Assembly (NCBI GenBank): GCA_035221665.1
Contig: CM069160.1
Location: 10,168,001 to 10,232,000, forward strand
DNA: 64,000 nt
Direction of reading: 5' to 3'
DNA from: Okamejei kenojei
Lineage: Eukaryota
Shown: piece after piece, positions 62,991 through 64,000 of the stretch
Layout of the letters: each line of letters opens with the position of its first letter
Numbering within the stretch: position 1 is the stretch's first letter
Position numbers and translations under genes: made by a program
Notes under the pieces: model-generated
Told to the model about the DNA's origin: nothing
Databases searched by the model: none
Seen by the model: only the letters and a program-made list of their open reading frames with translations

Positions 62991-64000
62991 GGGAATATGA
63001 GGCACTGTTCCTCGGTTTGTGTGGGCCTCACTCGGGCAACGGAAATAGACCAGGACAGATAGGTCAACGTGGGTATGGAAATAGGGAGTTAAATTGGTTG
63101 CTCACGGCAGCCCTTGGCGGACCGAGTGCATGTGTTAGGCAAATGGTCGTCGGACTCTGGACTTTCACACGAATGTGCACCAGGGCGAATTACTATCTCT
63201 CTATGATACAGGCTGCAGTGGACGAGGTGACGTGAACCTCTGTCTATTTGGAAGGACGGCTGGGATCCATGGATGGCGGGTGCCCCCCCCCCCCACCCCC
63301 GACCCCCCCCCCCCACCCGAGGCTGAGAGGGAAGGTCATATCAATTGCATTTAGTCCAGTTGTTTTGTTTAGTTTATTTGTCACGTGTATCGAGCTACAG
63401 TGAAAAGCTCTTGTTGAGTGCGATCCAGTTATCAGAAATTCATGTAACATCAGTGTATTGATACATGTGATCAGCCATGTATATTGAATGGCGGTGCAGG
63501 CTCGATGGGCGGAATGGCCTTTCCTGCACCTAATTTCTATGTTTTCTATGTTTCTATGATAAGGGAAGAACGTTTAGAGCAAAGTAAAGGCAGCAAAGTC
63601 GATCAAGTGCAGTCCAGGATCACCAACAGGTCCCATATTTGTATCTCAGCTCTCTTGGTTGTGAAAATATCAGCATGAGGATTGCCGAGAACAGCCTTTT
63701 TCCCTTAGGAAGAAAATTGCTCCTGAATCTGGAGGTGGTGAATCTTACTAGTGTTAGTACAACTGATTCACAACTATCCCGGTGAGAAATGTGTCTCCCT
63801 TATCTCAGTCCGGATATGAACTTAATCCTTTACTTTCTTAATAATGTGCCCCCTGGTTCTGGAATTCCCCCAACATCCGGGAACTTTTTGCTGCAGACTG
63901 CCTGCCCAATCCTCTAAAAAATGTATATGTTTCAATAAGATCTCCTTCAGCGTTCTAAAGTCCAGTGGAATATTATCCTGTCGGTCGATTCATAGATAAC

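Noticed and set aside
1-64000. Specific gene symbol (TRIM39, TRIM21, TRIM69, finTRIM)
   Set aside because: Lineage-expanded family; orthology cannot be assigned without phylogeny and synteny.

Overview
Eukaryotic vertebrate DNA, most likely from a cartilaginous fish (inferred from HE1/V-SINE-like SINEs, CR1, Rex1 and Penelope repeats, and the TRIM type). The window holds a cluster of class IV TRIM genes (RING, B-box2, coiled-coil, PRY/SPRY; six coding exons of about 411/96/234/23/116/533 bp). Genes A (exons 1-2 only, running off the left edge) and B lie on the minus strand; their mirror copies B' and A' lie on the plus strand. Positions 1..~23.4 kb are repeated in inverted orientation at ~29.16..58.35 kb around a round 500-N gap. 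This is most simply two haplotypes/contig ends joined head-to-head, though a real palindrome is not excluded. The arms differ by a full-length Ty3/Gypsy insertion just 3' of B', a 37-bp VNTR, other indels, and substitutions clustered in the PRY/SPRY variable loops. Other signals: many minimal hammerhead-ribozyme-like motifs in Penelope 3' tails (one tandem pair inside inverted repeats), a SINE head-to-head ~80 bp upstream of every TRIM start codon, a consensus ISRE in intron 2 of B, and a CTCF-like motif cluster. Sequence quality is visibly poor at ~18-47 kb and 56-64 kb, so frameshifts there are not reliable evidence of pseudogenes. I cannot support a wholly new biological system; the best leads are the hypervariable TRIM cluster and the hammerhead motifs. 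All coordinates and alignments were done by eye.
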